Of a stretch of 64,000 nucleotides of DNA, positions 41,332 through 51,674 are shown piece after piece. The position numbers and the translations under genes were made by a program. Below the pieces are notes generated by a model. It ran no database searches. It was not told where the DNA came from and was given only the letters and a program-made list of their open reading frames with translations. Numbering within the stretch: the first letter of the stretch is position 1; each line of letters begins with the position of its first letter. The DNA is from Polyangiales bacterium. Lineage in GTDB: Bacteria > Myxococcota_A > Polyangia > Polyangiales > JADJQN01. The DNA lies in NCBI GenBank assembly GCA_964202905.1, contig CAXNJO010000003.1, forward strand, positions 727,776-791,775, written 5' to 3'.

Positions 41332-43383
41332 TCAGGCGGTGACCACACCGACGGTGCGGACGGTGGTCTTGGCGTCGATCTCGCGGAACGAGATCACGGA
41401 GAGGCCCGGCACACGCCGGGAGAAGAACTCGGACACGACCTTGCGGACGTCCGGCGCGCAGACGAGGACGGGTGGCGTCGAGACCCCCGCGAAGTTGCGG
41501 GCGGCACCGTCGAGAGACGAAAGCAAACGCTGGGCCGAAGTCCCATCCGGCCCGCCCTGACGGAAGGTCTCCTCCGCGCGCGGGTCGAGGACGAGCGCGA
41601 CGACCTTCCCCTCGGGCCCACGGAAGCGCCCCGAGATGTGCCGCGCGAGCCGCTGGCGAACGAGCTCGACGAGGATGTTGGCGTCCTTCGTCTCGCGGCC
41701 ATGATCCGCGAGGGCCTCGAAAATCGTGCGGAGATCGCGCACCGGGACCTGCTCGCGCAGCAGCCCGCGGAGCACCTTGATGACCTCGCCGAGCTGCAGC
41801 ACGGAGGGGATGAGCTCGTCGACGAGCTTCGGCTCGCGCTTCGCGAAGAGGTCGACCAGCTCCTGCGCCTCGGCGCGTCCGACGAGGTCCGGGGCGTTCG
41901 CGCGGAAGAGCTCCGTCAAGTGAGTGGCGATGACCGTCGGGACGTCGACGACCGTGTAGCCGATCATCTCCGCGCGCTCGCGCTCCGACAGCGCGATCCA
42001 GCGCGCCGGCAGACCGAAGGCGGGCTCCTTCACGAGCTCGCCGCCGACGGGGCTGAGCGAACCCGTCGGATCCATCGCCAGGAGGCGGCCGATGCGCAGC
42101 TCGCCCGTGCCGACCTCGTTGCCCGAGACGAGCAGCCGATACGCGCCGGGACGAAGGCGCAGGTTGTCGCGGATGTGGACCGCCGGGACGATGATCCCGA
42201 GCTCGGTCGCGAGGTTGCGGCGCACGGCCGCGATGCGCTCGACGAGCTCTCCGCCACGCGACGCGTCGACGAGGGGCACGAGATCGAAGCCCACTTCGAG
42301 CTCGAGCAGATCGACCGGGAGCGCCTCCTCGAGCCGATCGCGCTCGGCCTCGTGCGGCGTGCGCGTGGGGGACGCCGCGGCGGCCTCCGTCTCGCTGCGG
42401 AGCTTCGGCGTCTTGCCGGCCGCGCGGGCGGCGAACGCGATGGCGCCGCCGAGCAGGGCGAAGGGCGCGAGCGGCATGCCCGGCACGAGGCCGATGGCCC
42501 CGACGATGCCCGCGGTGCCGTAGAGCGCGCCTTGCCGATTTCCGAGCTGCGCGACGAGCGTGGGGCCGATGGCCGCGCCTGCCGAGGCCCGCGTGACGAC
42601 GACACCGGCGGCCGTCGAGACGAGCAGCGCGGGGATCTGCGAGGCGAGCCCGTCACCTACTGACAAGATGGTGTAGGTCGCGGCCGCCTCGGAGGCGGTC
42701 ATGTCGTGCTGCACCATGCCGACGATGAAGCCGACGATGATGTTGATCGCCGTGACGATGAGCGCGGCGATGGCGTCGCCACGGACGAACTTCGATGAGC
42801 CGTCCATCGCGCCGAAGAAGTCGCTCTCCTGCTCGACCTCGCGGCGACGCGCGCGCGCGACGTCCTGCGTGATCGCGCCGGTGGCGAGGTCGGCGTCGAT
42901 CGCCATCTGCTTGCCCGGCATCGCGTCGAGCGTGAAGCGCGCGGCGACCTCGGCGACGCGCCCGGCGCCCTTCGTGATGACGACGAAGTTGATGACGACG
43001 AGCAGCAGGAAGACCGTCGCGCCGACGACGTAGTTGCCGCCGATCAGGAACTCGCCGAAGCCGCGGATGACCTCACCGGCCGCCGCCGTCCCCTCGTTGC
43101 CGTGCAGCAGGATGAGGCGCGTGGACGCGACGTTGAGCGCGAGGCGGAGCAGCGTCGAGAAGAGCAGGATCGCGGGGAAGCTCGAGAGCTCGAGCGGCTT
43201 CTCGAGGTGGATCGCGACGAGCAGCAGCGCGACCGCGATGCCGATGGACACCGCGAGCAGCAGGTCGATGAGGATGGCCGGCAGCGGCACGACCATCATC
43301 AGCACGATGCCGACGAGCGCGATGGGCAGGATCGCCATGGCCCGGTGCGGCGCCTTGACGATCGGGGCGGCGACGGCGCTCAC
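41332..43383 (-). CDS. flhA: Export gate FlhA
   Basis: RVAEVAARFTLDAMPGKQMAIDADL, GDGLASQIPAL. Confidence 0.98.
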   Translation of the reverse strand: MSAVAAPIVKAPHRAMAILPIALVGIVLMMVVPLPAILIDLLLAVSIGIAVALLLVAIHLEKPLELSSFPAILLFSTLLRLALNVASTRLILLHGNEGTAAAGEVIRGFGEFLIGGNYVVGATVFLLLVVINFVVITKGAGRVAEVAARFTLDAMPGKQMAIDADLATGAITQDVARARRREVEQESDFFGAMDGSSKFVRGDAIAALIVTAINIIVGFIVGMVQHDMTASEAAATYTILSVGDGLASQIPALLVSTAAGVVVTRASAGAAIGPTLVAQLGNRQGALYGTAGIVGAIGLVPGMPLAPFALLGGAIAFAARAAGKTPKLRSETEAAAASPTRTPHEAERDRLEEALPVDLLELEVGFDLVPLVDASRGGELVERIAAVRRNLATELGIIVPAVHIRDNLRLRPGAYRLLVSGNEVGTGELRIGRLLAMDPTGSLSPVGGELVKEPAFGLPARWIALSERERAEMIGYTVVDVPTVIATHLTELFRANAPDLVGRAEAQELVDLFAKREPKLVDELIPSVLQLGEVIKVLRGLLREQVPVRDLRTIFEALADHGRETKDANILVELVRQRLARHISGRFRGPEGKVVALVLDPRAEETFRQGGPDGTSAQRLLSSLDGAARNFAGVSTPPVLVCAPDVRKVVSEFFSRRVPGLSVISFREIDAKTTVRTVGVVTA

Positions 43384-44447
43384 GAGCTACCTCCGGGCAG
43401 CGGTCCGCCACCGATGCGAAGGACCTCGGCGATGACGGCGGCGACCGCGCGGTAGAGGTCGAGCGGGATGGGCTTGCCGGGCTTGCCCGTCGCGTGGAGC
43501 GCGCGGGCGAGCGGGCGGTTCTCGACGATGGGCACGCGCAGCTTGCGGGCCTCGGTGCGCATCTGGAGGGCCTTCTCGTCGATGGCCTTCGCGATGACCA
43601 TCGGCGCGGCGTCCTGATCGGGCACGTACTTGAGCGCGACCGCGAAGTGCGTCGGGTTCACGACGAGCACCGTGGCCTGCGCCAGCCCGGGCTCGGAGCG
43701 GCGCTTCGCGGCCTCGCGCATGCGCTGCCGGATGCGGCGCTTGACGTGCGGATCGCCGTCGTCCTGCTTCATCTCGTCGCGGACGTCCTGCCGCGACATC
43801 TTCGACTCGTCGTTGAACTTGCGCCACGCGAGGAACCAATCGAGCCCGGCGACCGCGATGAACGCGACGATCGCCGTGATCACGAGCTTGCCCGCGACCG
43901 TCGCGACCTCGCTCGCCGCCGTGAGCGGCGAGACGTTCGAGAGCAGCGCGAAGCGCGGCATCGCCGCCGCGACCACGCGCCACACGACGACGCCGAGCAC
44001 GACGAGCTTGAGCAGCGACTTGCCGATCTCGATCGCGGAGTCCTTCGAGGGCAGGACGTTCATGATGTTGGTGGTCGGGTCGAGTCGCTCGAGCTTCGGC
44101 GCGACGAGGTCGAGCTGGAAGAGGCCGCGGGTCTGCGCGACGCCGACCGCGATCACCCCGAGCACCACCGACGCGAACAGCGGCAGCACCGCCCCCGCGA
44201 GCACGGGCAGCGTCGCGCCGAGGAGCGCGAACGGCTCGCCGCGATCGACGAGGCGCAGCGCGCGGTGCGCGAGCCCGGCGACGCCGATGGCCGCGTCGGC
44301 GCCGGTGAGCGCGAGGGCGCTCGCCGCGGTCGCGAGCACGACGGCCGAGGAGGCGTCGGCGCTCTTGATGACCTTGCCTTCCTTGCGGAGGTCTTCCTCG
44401 CGCTTCGGTGTCGCTTGTTCTGTTTTGTCGTCCTTGTCGTCGCTCAT
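43380..44447 (-). CDS. flhB: Export switch FlhB
   Basis: KTEQATPKR, GDPHVK, NPTH autocleavage site, LARAL. Confidence 0.96.
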   Translation of the reverse strand: MSDDKDDKTEQATPKREEDLRKEGKVIKSADASSAVVLATAASALALTGADAAIGVAGLAHRALRLVDRGEPFALLGATLPVLAGAVLPLFASVVLGVIAVGVAQTRGLFQLDLVAPKLERLDPTTNIMNVLPSKDSAIEIGKSLLKLVVLGVVVWRVVAAAMPRFALLSNVSPLTAASEVATVAGKLVITAIVAFIAVAGLDWFLAWRKFNDESKMSRQDVRDEMKQDDGDPHVKRRIRQRMREAAKRRSEPGLAQATVLVVNPTHFAVALKYVPDQDAAPMVIAKAIDEKALQMRTEARKLRVPIVENRPLARALHATGKPGKPIPLDLYRAVAAVIAEVLRIGGGPLPGGSS

Positions 44448-45223
44448 GGGCGGCCCCCGAGCGCGGTGACGAGCTGGGTGGGCATCGCAGCCATCGTCTC
44501 GCCGATCGACGAGAGGATCGTCGGGCCCGCCGCGCTGAGGGAGAGCAGGCCGACGCTCGTCGCGACCGCGAAGGTGAGCGAGAAGACCTGCACACGCGGC
44601 GCCGAACGCGCCACGAGCGCGGCCCCGAGCTGGACGATGAACATCGTGGCGATCACTGGGGCCGCAATACGCAAGCCTTGTGCCACGATGTCCGTGCCGA
44701 CACGCAACACGCCGTCGTGCGCCAGCACCGCGAGCGCGGCGCCCGGCGGCGCGACGTCGAGCGACGCGCCGAGCGCGGCGAAGACTGCGTGATGTCCTTG
44801 AATCGAAAAGAAAACCAGCCCGGCGAGGGCGCCGAGCAGCCGCGTCGTCGGGAGCACCTCTTCGCCCCGCAGCGGGTCGACGGAGGTCGCGAAGCTGAGG
44901 CCCATCGCCGTCCCCGCGAGGCTCCCGGCCGTCTCGACCGCCGCGAGGGTGGCGCGAACCGTCAAACCGATGACAAGGCCCACCGCGACCTCGCCGAGCG
45001 CCCCGCGGACGAGCGTCATGGTCTCGAGGTCGAGCTCCGGCCCGTGTCCGGCGCGGGAGACCGAGATCGCGAGCGCGATCAGCAGGCTGAGCGCGACGCG
45101 CACCTGCGCGGGTGCGAGGTCGCTGAACGGCGCGGGGAAGGACACGAGGGCGACCCCCACGCGCAGCGAGACGAGCATGACGGTCGGCAACAGCGCGAGA
45201 CCGAGGGTGCTCAGCGCCTCCAT
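44444..45223 (-). CDS. fliR: FliR
   Basis: Hydrophobic; MGLSFA...DP, GHH, RSAPRVQVF. Confidence 0.92.
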   Translation of the reverse strand: MEALSTLGLALLPTVMLVSLRVGVALVSFPAPFSDLAPAQVRVALSLLIALAISVSRAGHGPELDLETMTLVRGALGEVAVGLVIGLTVRATLAAVETAGSLAGTAMGLSFATSVDPLRGEEVLPTTRLLGALAGLVFFSIQGHHAVFAALGASLDVAPPGAALAVLAHDGVLRVGTDIVAQGLRIAAPVIATMFIVQLGAALVARSAPRVQVFSLTFAVATSVGLLSLSAAGPTILSSIGETMAAMPTQLVTALGGRP

Positions 45224-45230
45224 CTCGGCC

Positions 45231-45500
45231 TCACGGGTGGATGGAGCCCATCGCGCGCAGCGCAGCGCCCGTGAACTCCACCAGCTCCGAGAGCATCCAC
45301 GGGCCCGCGACGACGAGCGCGATCCCGCTCGCGACGGCCTTCGGCACGAAGGCGAGCGCGGAGTCGTTCACCTGCGTCGCGGCCTGCAACACGGCGACGA
45401 CCAGGCCGACGATGAGGCCGGTGAGGATGACGGGCGCGGACACCAACGTGGCCGTCCACATCAGCATGCGGAACCAGTCGAGGCCGGCGGCGATCGTCAT
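45231..45500 (-). CDS. fliQ: FliQ
   Basis: LQAATQVND..L.FVPK, GPWML. Confidence 0.95.
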   Translation of the reverse strand: MTIAAGLDWFRMLMWTATLVSAPVILTGLIVGLVVAVLQAATQVNDSALAFVPKAVASGIALVVAGPWMLSELVEFTGAALRAMGSIHP

Positions 45501-46288
45501 GAGAACGACGCCACGATCGAGCGGGTGAGCAGCGCCCAGCCGTCGACGGAGACGAACAACAGCAGCTTCAGCGGCGTCGACAGCATCGTCGGCGGCAGCA
45601 TCACCATGCCCATCGACGTGAGGATCGAGGCGACGATGATGTCGATCATCACGAAGGGCAGGAACAGCAAAAAGCCCATCTCGAAGCCGGTCCGCAGCTC
45701 CGAGATGAGGAACGCGGGCACGAGCAGGTGCAGCGCGACCTGCTGTGGGCTGGCGGGCGGCGCGACCCGCGCGAGCTCGTGGAAGAGCCGCAGATCGGAC
45801 TCGCGCGTCTGCCGGAGCATGAACTCCGACACGACGAGCCGCGCGGCCTCGAAGGCGGTCGCCTCGTCGATCTGCTCGGCCGCGTAGGGCGAGAGCGCCT
45901 GCTCGTCGACGCGCTTGGCGATCGGCGCCATGACGACGAAGGTCAGCAGCAGCGAGAGCGCGACGACGACCTGCGAGGGCGGCGCGTTCTGCGTGCCGAG
46001 CGCCTGCTTCACGAAGGAGAGCACGACGATCGTGCGCGTGAAGGAGGTCATCGAGACGAGGACCGCGGGGGCGAGCGAGAGGAGCGTGAGCCCGAGGAGG
46101 ATCTTCAGCGCGGGGACGACCTGCTTCGGCCCCTCGACGCCGCCGAGCGTGAGCGTCATCTGCGGGGTCGGGCCACTCGCCGTCGCCACGAGGGGCGCGT
46201 CCTGCGCGGCCGCGAGCGCCGGCAGCCCGAGGGCGGCCGGCACGAGCAGCGCAGCGACGAGCCCGAACGCGGCGAGGCGCCTGTTCAT
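45497..46288 (-). CDS. fliP: FliP
   Basis: MTSFTR, PAFLISEL, MGMVMLPP, PLKLLLFV..DGW. Confidence 0.96.
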   Translation of the reverse strand: MNRRLAAFGLVAALLVPAALGLPALAAAQDAPLVATASGPTPQMTLTLGGVEGPKQVVPALKILLGLTLLSLAPAVLVSMTSFTRTIVVLSFVKQALGTQNAPPSQVVVALSLLLTFVVMAPIAKRVDEQALSPYAAEQIDEATAFEAARLVVSEFMLRQTRESDLRLFHELARVAPPASPQQVALHLLVPAFLISELRTGFEMGFLLFLPFVMIDIIVASILTSMGMVMLPPTMLSTPLKLLLFVSVDGWALLTRSIVASFS

Positions 46289-47573
46289 CGCGCGACCTTC
46301 GACTCGCGGAGGCGGACGAGCCCGGAGACGGAATCGCTCACGGCCGGTCGGCTCTGCGTCGCGCCCGGCGCCATGGCGCGGACCATGCGCGCGAGCTCGT
46401 CGCTGAAGGGGAGCGAGCCCGCGGCCTTCGCGGGCTCCGCCGTCGGCGCGGGCCGGTCGAAGCTGGGTGCGGCGGCGGGGACCATCGCGAGGAGACGACC
46501 CACCGCGGCGCCGCGGTGCTCGACCGGCGTCTCGCCGTCGCCCATCGGGGCGAGTTCCGTCGGCTCGCCGGCGCGGCGCGAGGCGATGCGGCGCGTCTCG
46601 TTGCCGTTCACCGAGAGCAGGATCTCCTGGTCGAACGCCCGAACGACGATGAGTTGGTGCTTCGAGCCGAGGCGGTGCGACGCGAGGACGCGGATGGCCG
46701 CCTCGGGCTGGCTCGCGCGACGCTGCCTGAGCCACCGACCGAAGAGCGCGAGCCCGCCGAGCAGCGCGACGATCAGCCCGATCGTGCGGAGTCCCGCGCC
46801 CTTCGCGTCGGGGATCGTGCCGGCGAAGGCGCCCGCGCCGGGCGGGAGCGGCGCCGTGTCGGCGCCTCGTGGTGAGCCGGGCGTGCTCGCGGCCGCCCCA
46901 GCGGCAGGCGCGGGGGTCGCCGCCGAGGGTGCAGCGGCCACAGCGGCTGCAGGCGCAGCGGACGCGGCGGCTGCAGGCCCAGCAGGCGCGGCACCCGCGG
47001 CGGGCGCGGACGCGGCCACGGCGGGCGCAGACGCGGCCACGACGGGCGCGGACACGGCGGGCACGGCAGCCGTCGACGCAGCTGCAGCGCCGTGGCGGCG
47101 GGCGCGACGGCGGCGGGCGTCGCGGTGGCGGGCGCGACGGCGGCGGGGCCCGGCGCAGCCGGGGCCGCGGCGGGAACGCCCTGCGGGAGCAGCGCGCGCG
47201 CGATCCGCAAGGTCGCGGTGTGCCCCTCGACGGTGACGCGGACGTCGCGGGCGGAGAGCTTCCGGCGGTCGCCCAGCCGGAGCACCACGAGGGCCGTGTC
47301 CGCCTCGCCCGGGCGCACGCTCGCGCGCCGGACGACCTGACCGTCGCCGGGCTGATCGAGGAAGCGGGTCTGCGCGAGGCCCGCGAACCAGAGGCGGACC
47401 GTCCCACGCTCGGTGTGTACGCGTGGCGTACGGAGATTGGTATCCGACTCGATACGCATCGACGCGTCCTGCGCGTCGAGCGCGAGACCGAGGCCGGTCA
47501 CGTCGTCCGCGTGCGCGAGCGACGCCTGACAGGCGAGCGCGAGGCCGAGCCCGGCGGCGACGAGGGCGCGCAT
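46285..47573 (-). CDS. fliO: FliO with N-terminal periplasmic domain and Ala/Pro linker; frameshift near 47088
   Basis: Between fliN and fliP; signal peptide, TM helix, then IRVLASHRLGSKHQLIVV; two overlapping ORFs. Confidence 0.7.
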
Positions 47574-47878
47574 CACTCGGACCCGAGCCCGCCGAGGCGC
47601 TTCACGCGCTCGCGCGGGGAGACGATGTCGGTGATGCGGATGCCGTAGCGCTCCCCGATGACGACGGCCTCGCCACGCGCGACCAGCGTCTGGTTCGCGT
47701 AGACGGCGAGCGGCGAGCCGGCCGTCACGCCGAGGTCGATGACGCTGCCGACGCCGAGCCCGAGGAGTTCGGAGATCCGCATGCGCCGGCGACCGAGCTC
47801 GACGTGGACCTCGAGCGGGATCTCCATGATGCGATCGAGATCGCTGGATTCGGGCGGGAGCGATTCATTGCCTGCCAT
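47573..47878 (-). CDS. fliN: C-ring FliN
   Basis: IPLEVHVELGR, ARGEAVV, YGIRITDI. Confidence 0.95.
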   Translation of the reverse strand: MAGNESLPPESSDLDRIMEIPLEVHVELGRRRMRISELLGLGVGSVIDLGVTAGSPLAVYANQTLVARGEAVVIGERYGIRITDIVSPRERVKRLGGLGSE

Positions 47879-47898
47879 GGGCGTCTCCTCCAGAAAAT

Positions 47899-48849
47899 TC
47901 AGAGCGTCTCGACGACGCGGACGGCGAGATTCCCGTGCTCGACGACGGGCATGCCGCGCATCTTGGTGATGCCGCCGACCCGCACGTCGATCGGGTTTTC
48001 CGGCACGTGCTCGAGGCGGATGACGTCGCCGACCGCGAGCGCGAGCACCGCGCGCACCGTCGACGGCACGGAGCCGAGGTAGGCGATGACGTCGACCTCG
48101 GCCTGGGTGAGGCGGGTCGCGATCCGCTGCCGGTGGTCGCTCGTCGGCACCACGACGACGACCTGGCGCTCGGTGGGCAGCGTGTCGCGCACGGCGCCCG
48201 AGCTGAGCGCGAAGAGCACGTCGCTCTCGAGCGACTTGCCGAGCGTGATGTAGGCACGCGTCCGCAGGACGGACTCGAAGCGCGAGCCGAGGTCGTCGGC
48301 GTCGAGCACGCCCACGAGGTCGCGCACCCTGAACGCGTCTTCCTGCCCGCACCACGCGAGCCCGAAGGCGCGCACGGCGGACTCGATGAAGGAGCGCAGC
48401 ACGGCGCGGTCGAGCGGGCTGAGCGCGCCGCGCGAGCCCGCGTCGTCGACGTCGAGGGGCGCGCCGAGGCGCCGGTCGATGATCGTCAGCGCGAGCGCCG
48501 GGGAGATCACGAGCAGCGCGAGGCTGCCCTCGCGGGTCTCCAAGACGGCGAGCCCGGCGCCGAGCGGGACCGTGCCGGCCACCTCGTCGAGCGTCGCGAT
48601 GTCGGCCGGGACGCGGCGCACCTGCGGAACCGCGCCGCTCACGCGCCGGAGCATCTTCTTCAGCTCGATGTGGAAGCCCGGCTCGACGCGCTCCGCGTGG
48701 GCCTGCGCGGCCGCCATGCGGCGATCCTGGGAGGCGAGGTCGATGCCTTGCGCCTCGACGGGCTCGACCGGCCCCGCCTCGCGCACGACGGCGAGGAGCG
48801 CGAGCGTCTCCTCGTCCGAAAGCAGCGGCTCCTGGGGCTCGAAGCTCAC
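47899..48849 (-). CDS. fliM: C-ring FliM (divergent)
   Basis: N-terminal LLSDEETLALL (CheY-binding-like), LGA, SpoA-like C-terminus LAVGDVIRL. Confidence 0.85.
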   Translation of the reverse strand: MSFEPQEPLLSDEETLALLAVVREAGPVEPVEAQGIDLASQDRRMAAAQAHAERVEPGFHIELKKMLRRVSGAVPQVRRVPADIATLDEVAGTVPLGAGLAVLETREGSLALLVISPALALTIIDRRLGAPLDVDDAGSRGALSPLDRAVLRSFIESAVRAFGLAWCGQEDAFRVRDLVGVLDADDLGSRFESVLRTRAYITLGKSLESDVLFALSSGAVRDTLPTERQVVVVVPTSDHRQRIATRLTQAEVDVIAYLGSVPSTVRAVLALAVGDVIRLEHVPENPIDVRVGGITKMRGMPVVEHGNLAVRVVETL

Positions 48850-49421
48850 TGGACGACGAACTCCGTGAAGTACACCCGCTTCACGCGGCGGGCGCCGAGC
48901 TCGCGGTTGATCATCGTGCGGAGCTCTTCCTGCAGGGCGCGCTTCTTGTCCGCCCCCCGCGTCTCGGCGACGGTGAGCGAGGAGAGGCGCACGAGGACGA
49001 GATCCTGGATGGCGACGAGGGCCTCCTCGATCTTCACCTTCGCGGCCTCGTTCTTCGCCTCGAGCTGGACGGTGACCTTGAGGAAGAAGGTCTCGTCCGA
49101 GTCGACGAAGTTCGTGATCTGGGACTCGAGCGAGAGGATCGGTCCGCGCTGGCGCGACCCGGAGCCCTCGTCGCCGTCCTCCTCGTCGTGCTCCGCCTCC
49201 TCTTCGTCTTCTTTCTCCGCTTCCGCGTGCGCGGCCGGCGGGTGCGCGCCCCCGGCCGCCGGGGCGGGCGCAGCGGGGTGTCGCGACTGGTACACGAGGT
49301 AGCCGCCGACTCCCGCGACCGCGAGCAGGTTGAAGACGACGAGAGCGAGGACGAGCTTGTTCGACTTGCCGCCCTTGGGGGCATCGGTCTTGGCAGCGCT
49401 CACGGCGGGGGCCTGGGACAT
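48846..49421 (-). CDS. fliL: FliL
   Basis: Single TM, ITNF, FLKV, VYFTEFVVQ. Confidence 0.92.
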   Translation of the reverse strand: MSQAPAVSAAKTDAPKGGKSNKLVLALVVFNLLAVAGVGGYLVYQSRHPAAPAPAAGGAHPPAAHAEAEKEDEEEAEHDEEDGDEGSGSRQRGPILSLESQITNFVDSDETFFLKVTVQLEAKNEAAKVKIEEALVAIQDLVLVRLSSLTVAETRGADKKRALQEELRTMINRELGARRVKRVYFTEFVVQ

Positions 49422-49433
49422 GCGCCGGGCATA

Positions 49434-49449
49434 AGCACGCAGCGTGCCG
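49434..49449 (-). promoter_or_regulatory. sigma54 promoter of fliL
   Basis: CGGCACGCTGCGTGCT. Confidence 0.68.
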
Positions 49450-49578
49450 CACGGCTGGTTGGTCCACTTTAGTTGGATTCCCAGCGTTTCTCGACGGCTC
49501 GAGGAGCCGGCCGGGCGATGGGGAGTCGGGGTTTTGACGCTCGCGGGCGGGGAGAGCGCGGTCCGAGCGACGGAAGCA

Positions 49579-49614
49579 CGACGGGCCGCACACCCGGAGG
49601 CGTGCGGCCCGTCG
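49579..49614 (-). terminator. Hairpin downstream of flgE
   Basis: 13-bp perfect inverted repeat CGACGGGCCGCAC/GTGCGGCCCGTCG; weak U tract. Confidence 0.55.
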
Positions 49615-49638
49615 CGGCGAGCGACCCGGGGTCGGGGC

Positions 49639-50934
49639 TCAGCGCTTGATGTTCACGAGCTCTTGGTACATCTCGTCCGCGGTCGTGATGATCTTCGAGT
49701 TGGCCTGGAAGCCGCGCTGGAAGGCGATGAGGTCGACGAACTCACGGCCGATGTCGACGTTGGCCTGCTCGAGCGTGCCGGAGAGGACCGCGCCACGGCC
49801 ACCCGTGCCCGCCGCGCCGACCAGCGCCTCGCCGGACTCGCGCGACTCGACCCAGAGGCCCTCACCCGCGCGGAGGAGTCCGTCCACGTTGGTGAAGTCC
49901 GCGATCGCCACCTGACCGAGGGTGCGGCGCTGACCGTTCGTGAACGAGCCGGACACGACGCCGTCCTGCGAGATGTTGATGGACGCCACGGAGCCCGAGG
50001 CGAAGCCGTCCTGCAACAGGGCGGTGGTGTTCGAGGCCGACGCGAACTGCGTGCTGCCGTCGAGCCCGAGGCCGCCGTCCGTCGTGATGCTGGTGCCGAA
50101 GTCGAAGCCGATGACCTGCGCCGGCGTCGCGCCGACGAAGTCGAAGCTCGAGACCGCGGTGACCTCGGTGTCGAGCTCGCCTTCCGTCGTGAAGGTCAGG
50201 CTGCCGTTCGCGCCCTCGAAGGGGACGCCCGCCGTGCCGCCCGTGATCTCGCCGCCGTCGACCATCGCGTGCCAGTCCCACGCGCCGGGCACCGCGGTCT
50301 TGACGAAGTAGACGGTCGTCGAGTGCGCCGCGCCGAGCGAGTCGTACGTCGTCAGCGAGGTGGAGAAGTTCGAGGTCGCCGCCGGGTTGAGCGGGTCGAA
50401 GGTGAGCGCCGTCGAGTCGGAGTCGAGGTTCGCGCCGACCGTGATCTGGGTCGTCGCCGTCGCCGGGATGGTACCGGGGTTGATACGGAGATCGCCGATC
50501 GTGCCGAGCACGTTGAAGTCGTCGTCGACGCCGTAGCCCTGCAGTTTGAGTCCGGCCGGGTTCTGCATGAAGCCCTCGTTGTCGAGGGTGAACTGACCGG
50601 CGCGCGTGTAGAAGTTGCCTTCGGCGCCGTTCGAGTTGCCGCGGGCGATGAAGAAGCCGTCGCCCGAGAGCGCGAGGTCCGTCGGCGCGTCCGTCGTGAG
50701 GAGCGCGCCCTGCGCCCACATCTGCTGGATGTTGCCGAGCTTCGAGCCGGCGCCCGCCGTCGGGAGCGACTGCCCGCCGGCGATCGAGCGGCCGAGCAGA
50801 TCCTGGAAGTTCGCGCGCGACCGCTTGAAGCCCACGGTGTTGACGTTGGCGATGTTGTCGCCGACGACGTCGATGGCCTCGGAGTGCGAGCGGAGACCCG
50901 TGGCGCCGGTGTTCAAGGAGCGGAGGATGGACAT
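49639..50934 (-). CDS. flgE: Hook protein FlgE
   Basis: GDNIANVNTVGFK, YTRAGQF, YDSLG, QRGFQANSK.ITT.D. Confidence 0.97.
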   Translation of the reverse strand: MSILRSLNTGATGLRSHSEAIDVVGDNIANVNTVGFKRSRANFQDLLGRSIAGGQSLPTAGAGSKLGNIQQMWAQGALLTTDAPTDLALSGDGFFIARGNSNGAEGNFYTRAGQFTLDNEGFMQNPAGLKLQGYGVDDDFNVLGTIGDLRINPGTIPATATTQITVGANLDSDSTALTFDPLNPAATSNFSTSLTTYDSLGAAHSTTVYFVKTAVPGAWDWHAMVDGGEITGGTAGVPFEGANGSLTFTTEGELDTEVTAVSSFDFVGATPAQVIGFDFGTSITTDGGLGLDGSTQFASASNTTALLQDGFASGSVASINISQDGVVSGSFTNGQRRTLGQVAIADFTNVDGLLRAGEGLWVESRESGEALVGAAGTGGRGAVLSGTLEQANVDIGREFVDLIAFQRGFQANSKIITTADEMYQELVNIKR

Positions 50935-51009
50935 GGTGGTTCTCGTCTTTCTGGTGTTCTGAAGGGTTGATGGACTCTCAAACTCGGACGGACCCGTGGG
51001 CGGACCGCC

Positions 51010-51672
51010 TCACATCCCGATGCTGGTGACGTCACCGAGCATCACGCGCGCCTCCCCGATCACGACCTCGGGGTAGCCGTTCGCGTAGCTGATCTCGCGG
51101 ACCTCCCCGCGGATGCGGGTGCTCGCGTCGACGGGGCGGTTGGCCGCGTCCGTCGCGGAGACCTCGACGGTGTAGCGCCCCGGGGGCACGCGCTCTCCGT
51201 CCGGTCCGATGCCGTTCCAGGAGACCGAGCGCGTCCCCGGGAACGTGTCGCTGAGCTCGACCTTGCCGACGACCTCGCCATCCGCGTTGCGGAAGGTCGC
51301 CGTCACCTTCGCCGCGCGGGCGCCGAGGGTGATCGGCACCGACGCGCTGCCCGCGTCGTCGAGGTAGACGCTCTTGGTCTCCGCCTCGACGGTCTTGCCG
51401 ACGAGGCCGCTGACCTGCGTGTTCGCGAGGCTCGCCATGCCGACCTCGAGCGAGGCGAGCCGGTCGCTCATCGTCACCAGCTGCTCGACGCTCGTGAGCT
51501 GCGAGAGCTGCGTGATGAAATCCTTCGAGTCGACGGGCGACTCCGGGTCCTGGTTGCGGAGCTGCGCGACCAGCAGCTTCATGAAGGCGTCGCGCCCCAT
51601 GCCGTTGAGGTCGCCCTGCTTCTGGGCGGTCATCCCGCCGAGGTTCGATGACGAAACGTTCGACACAGCCAT
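51010..51672 (-). CDS. flgD: Hook cap FlgD
   Basis: AFMKLLVAQLRNQDP, QLSQ..SVEQ, WNG; RBS GAGGAGG. Confidence 0.92.
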   Translation of the reverse strand: MAVSNVSSSNLGGMTAQKQGDLNGMGRDAFMKLLVAQLRNQDPESPVDSKDFITQLSQLTSVEQLVTMSDRLASLEVGMASLANTQVSGLVGKTVEAETKSVYLDDAGSASVPITLGARAAKVTATFRNADGEVVGKVELSDTFPGTRSVSWNGIGPDGERVPPGRYTVEVSATDAANRPVDASTRIRGEVREISYANGYPEVVIGEARVMLGDVTSIGM

Positions 51673-51674
51673 GA

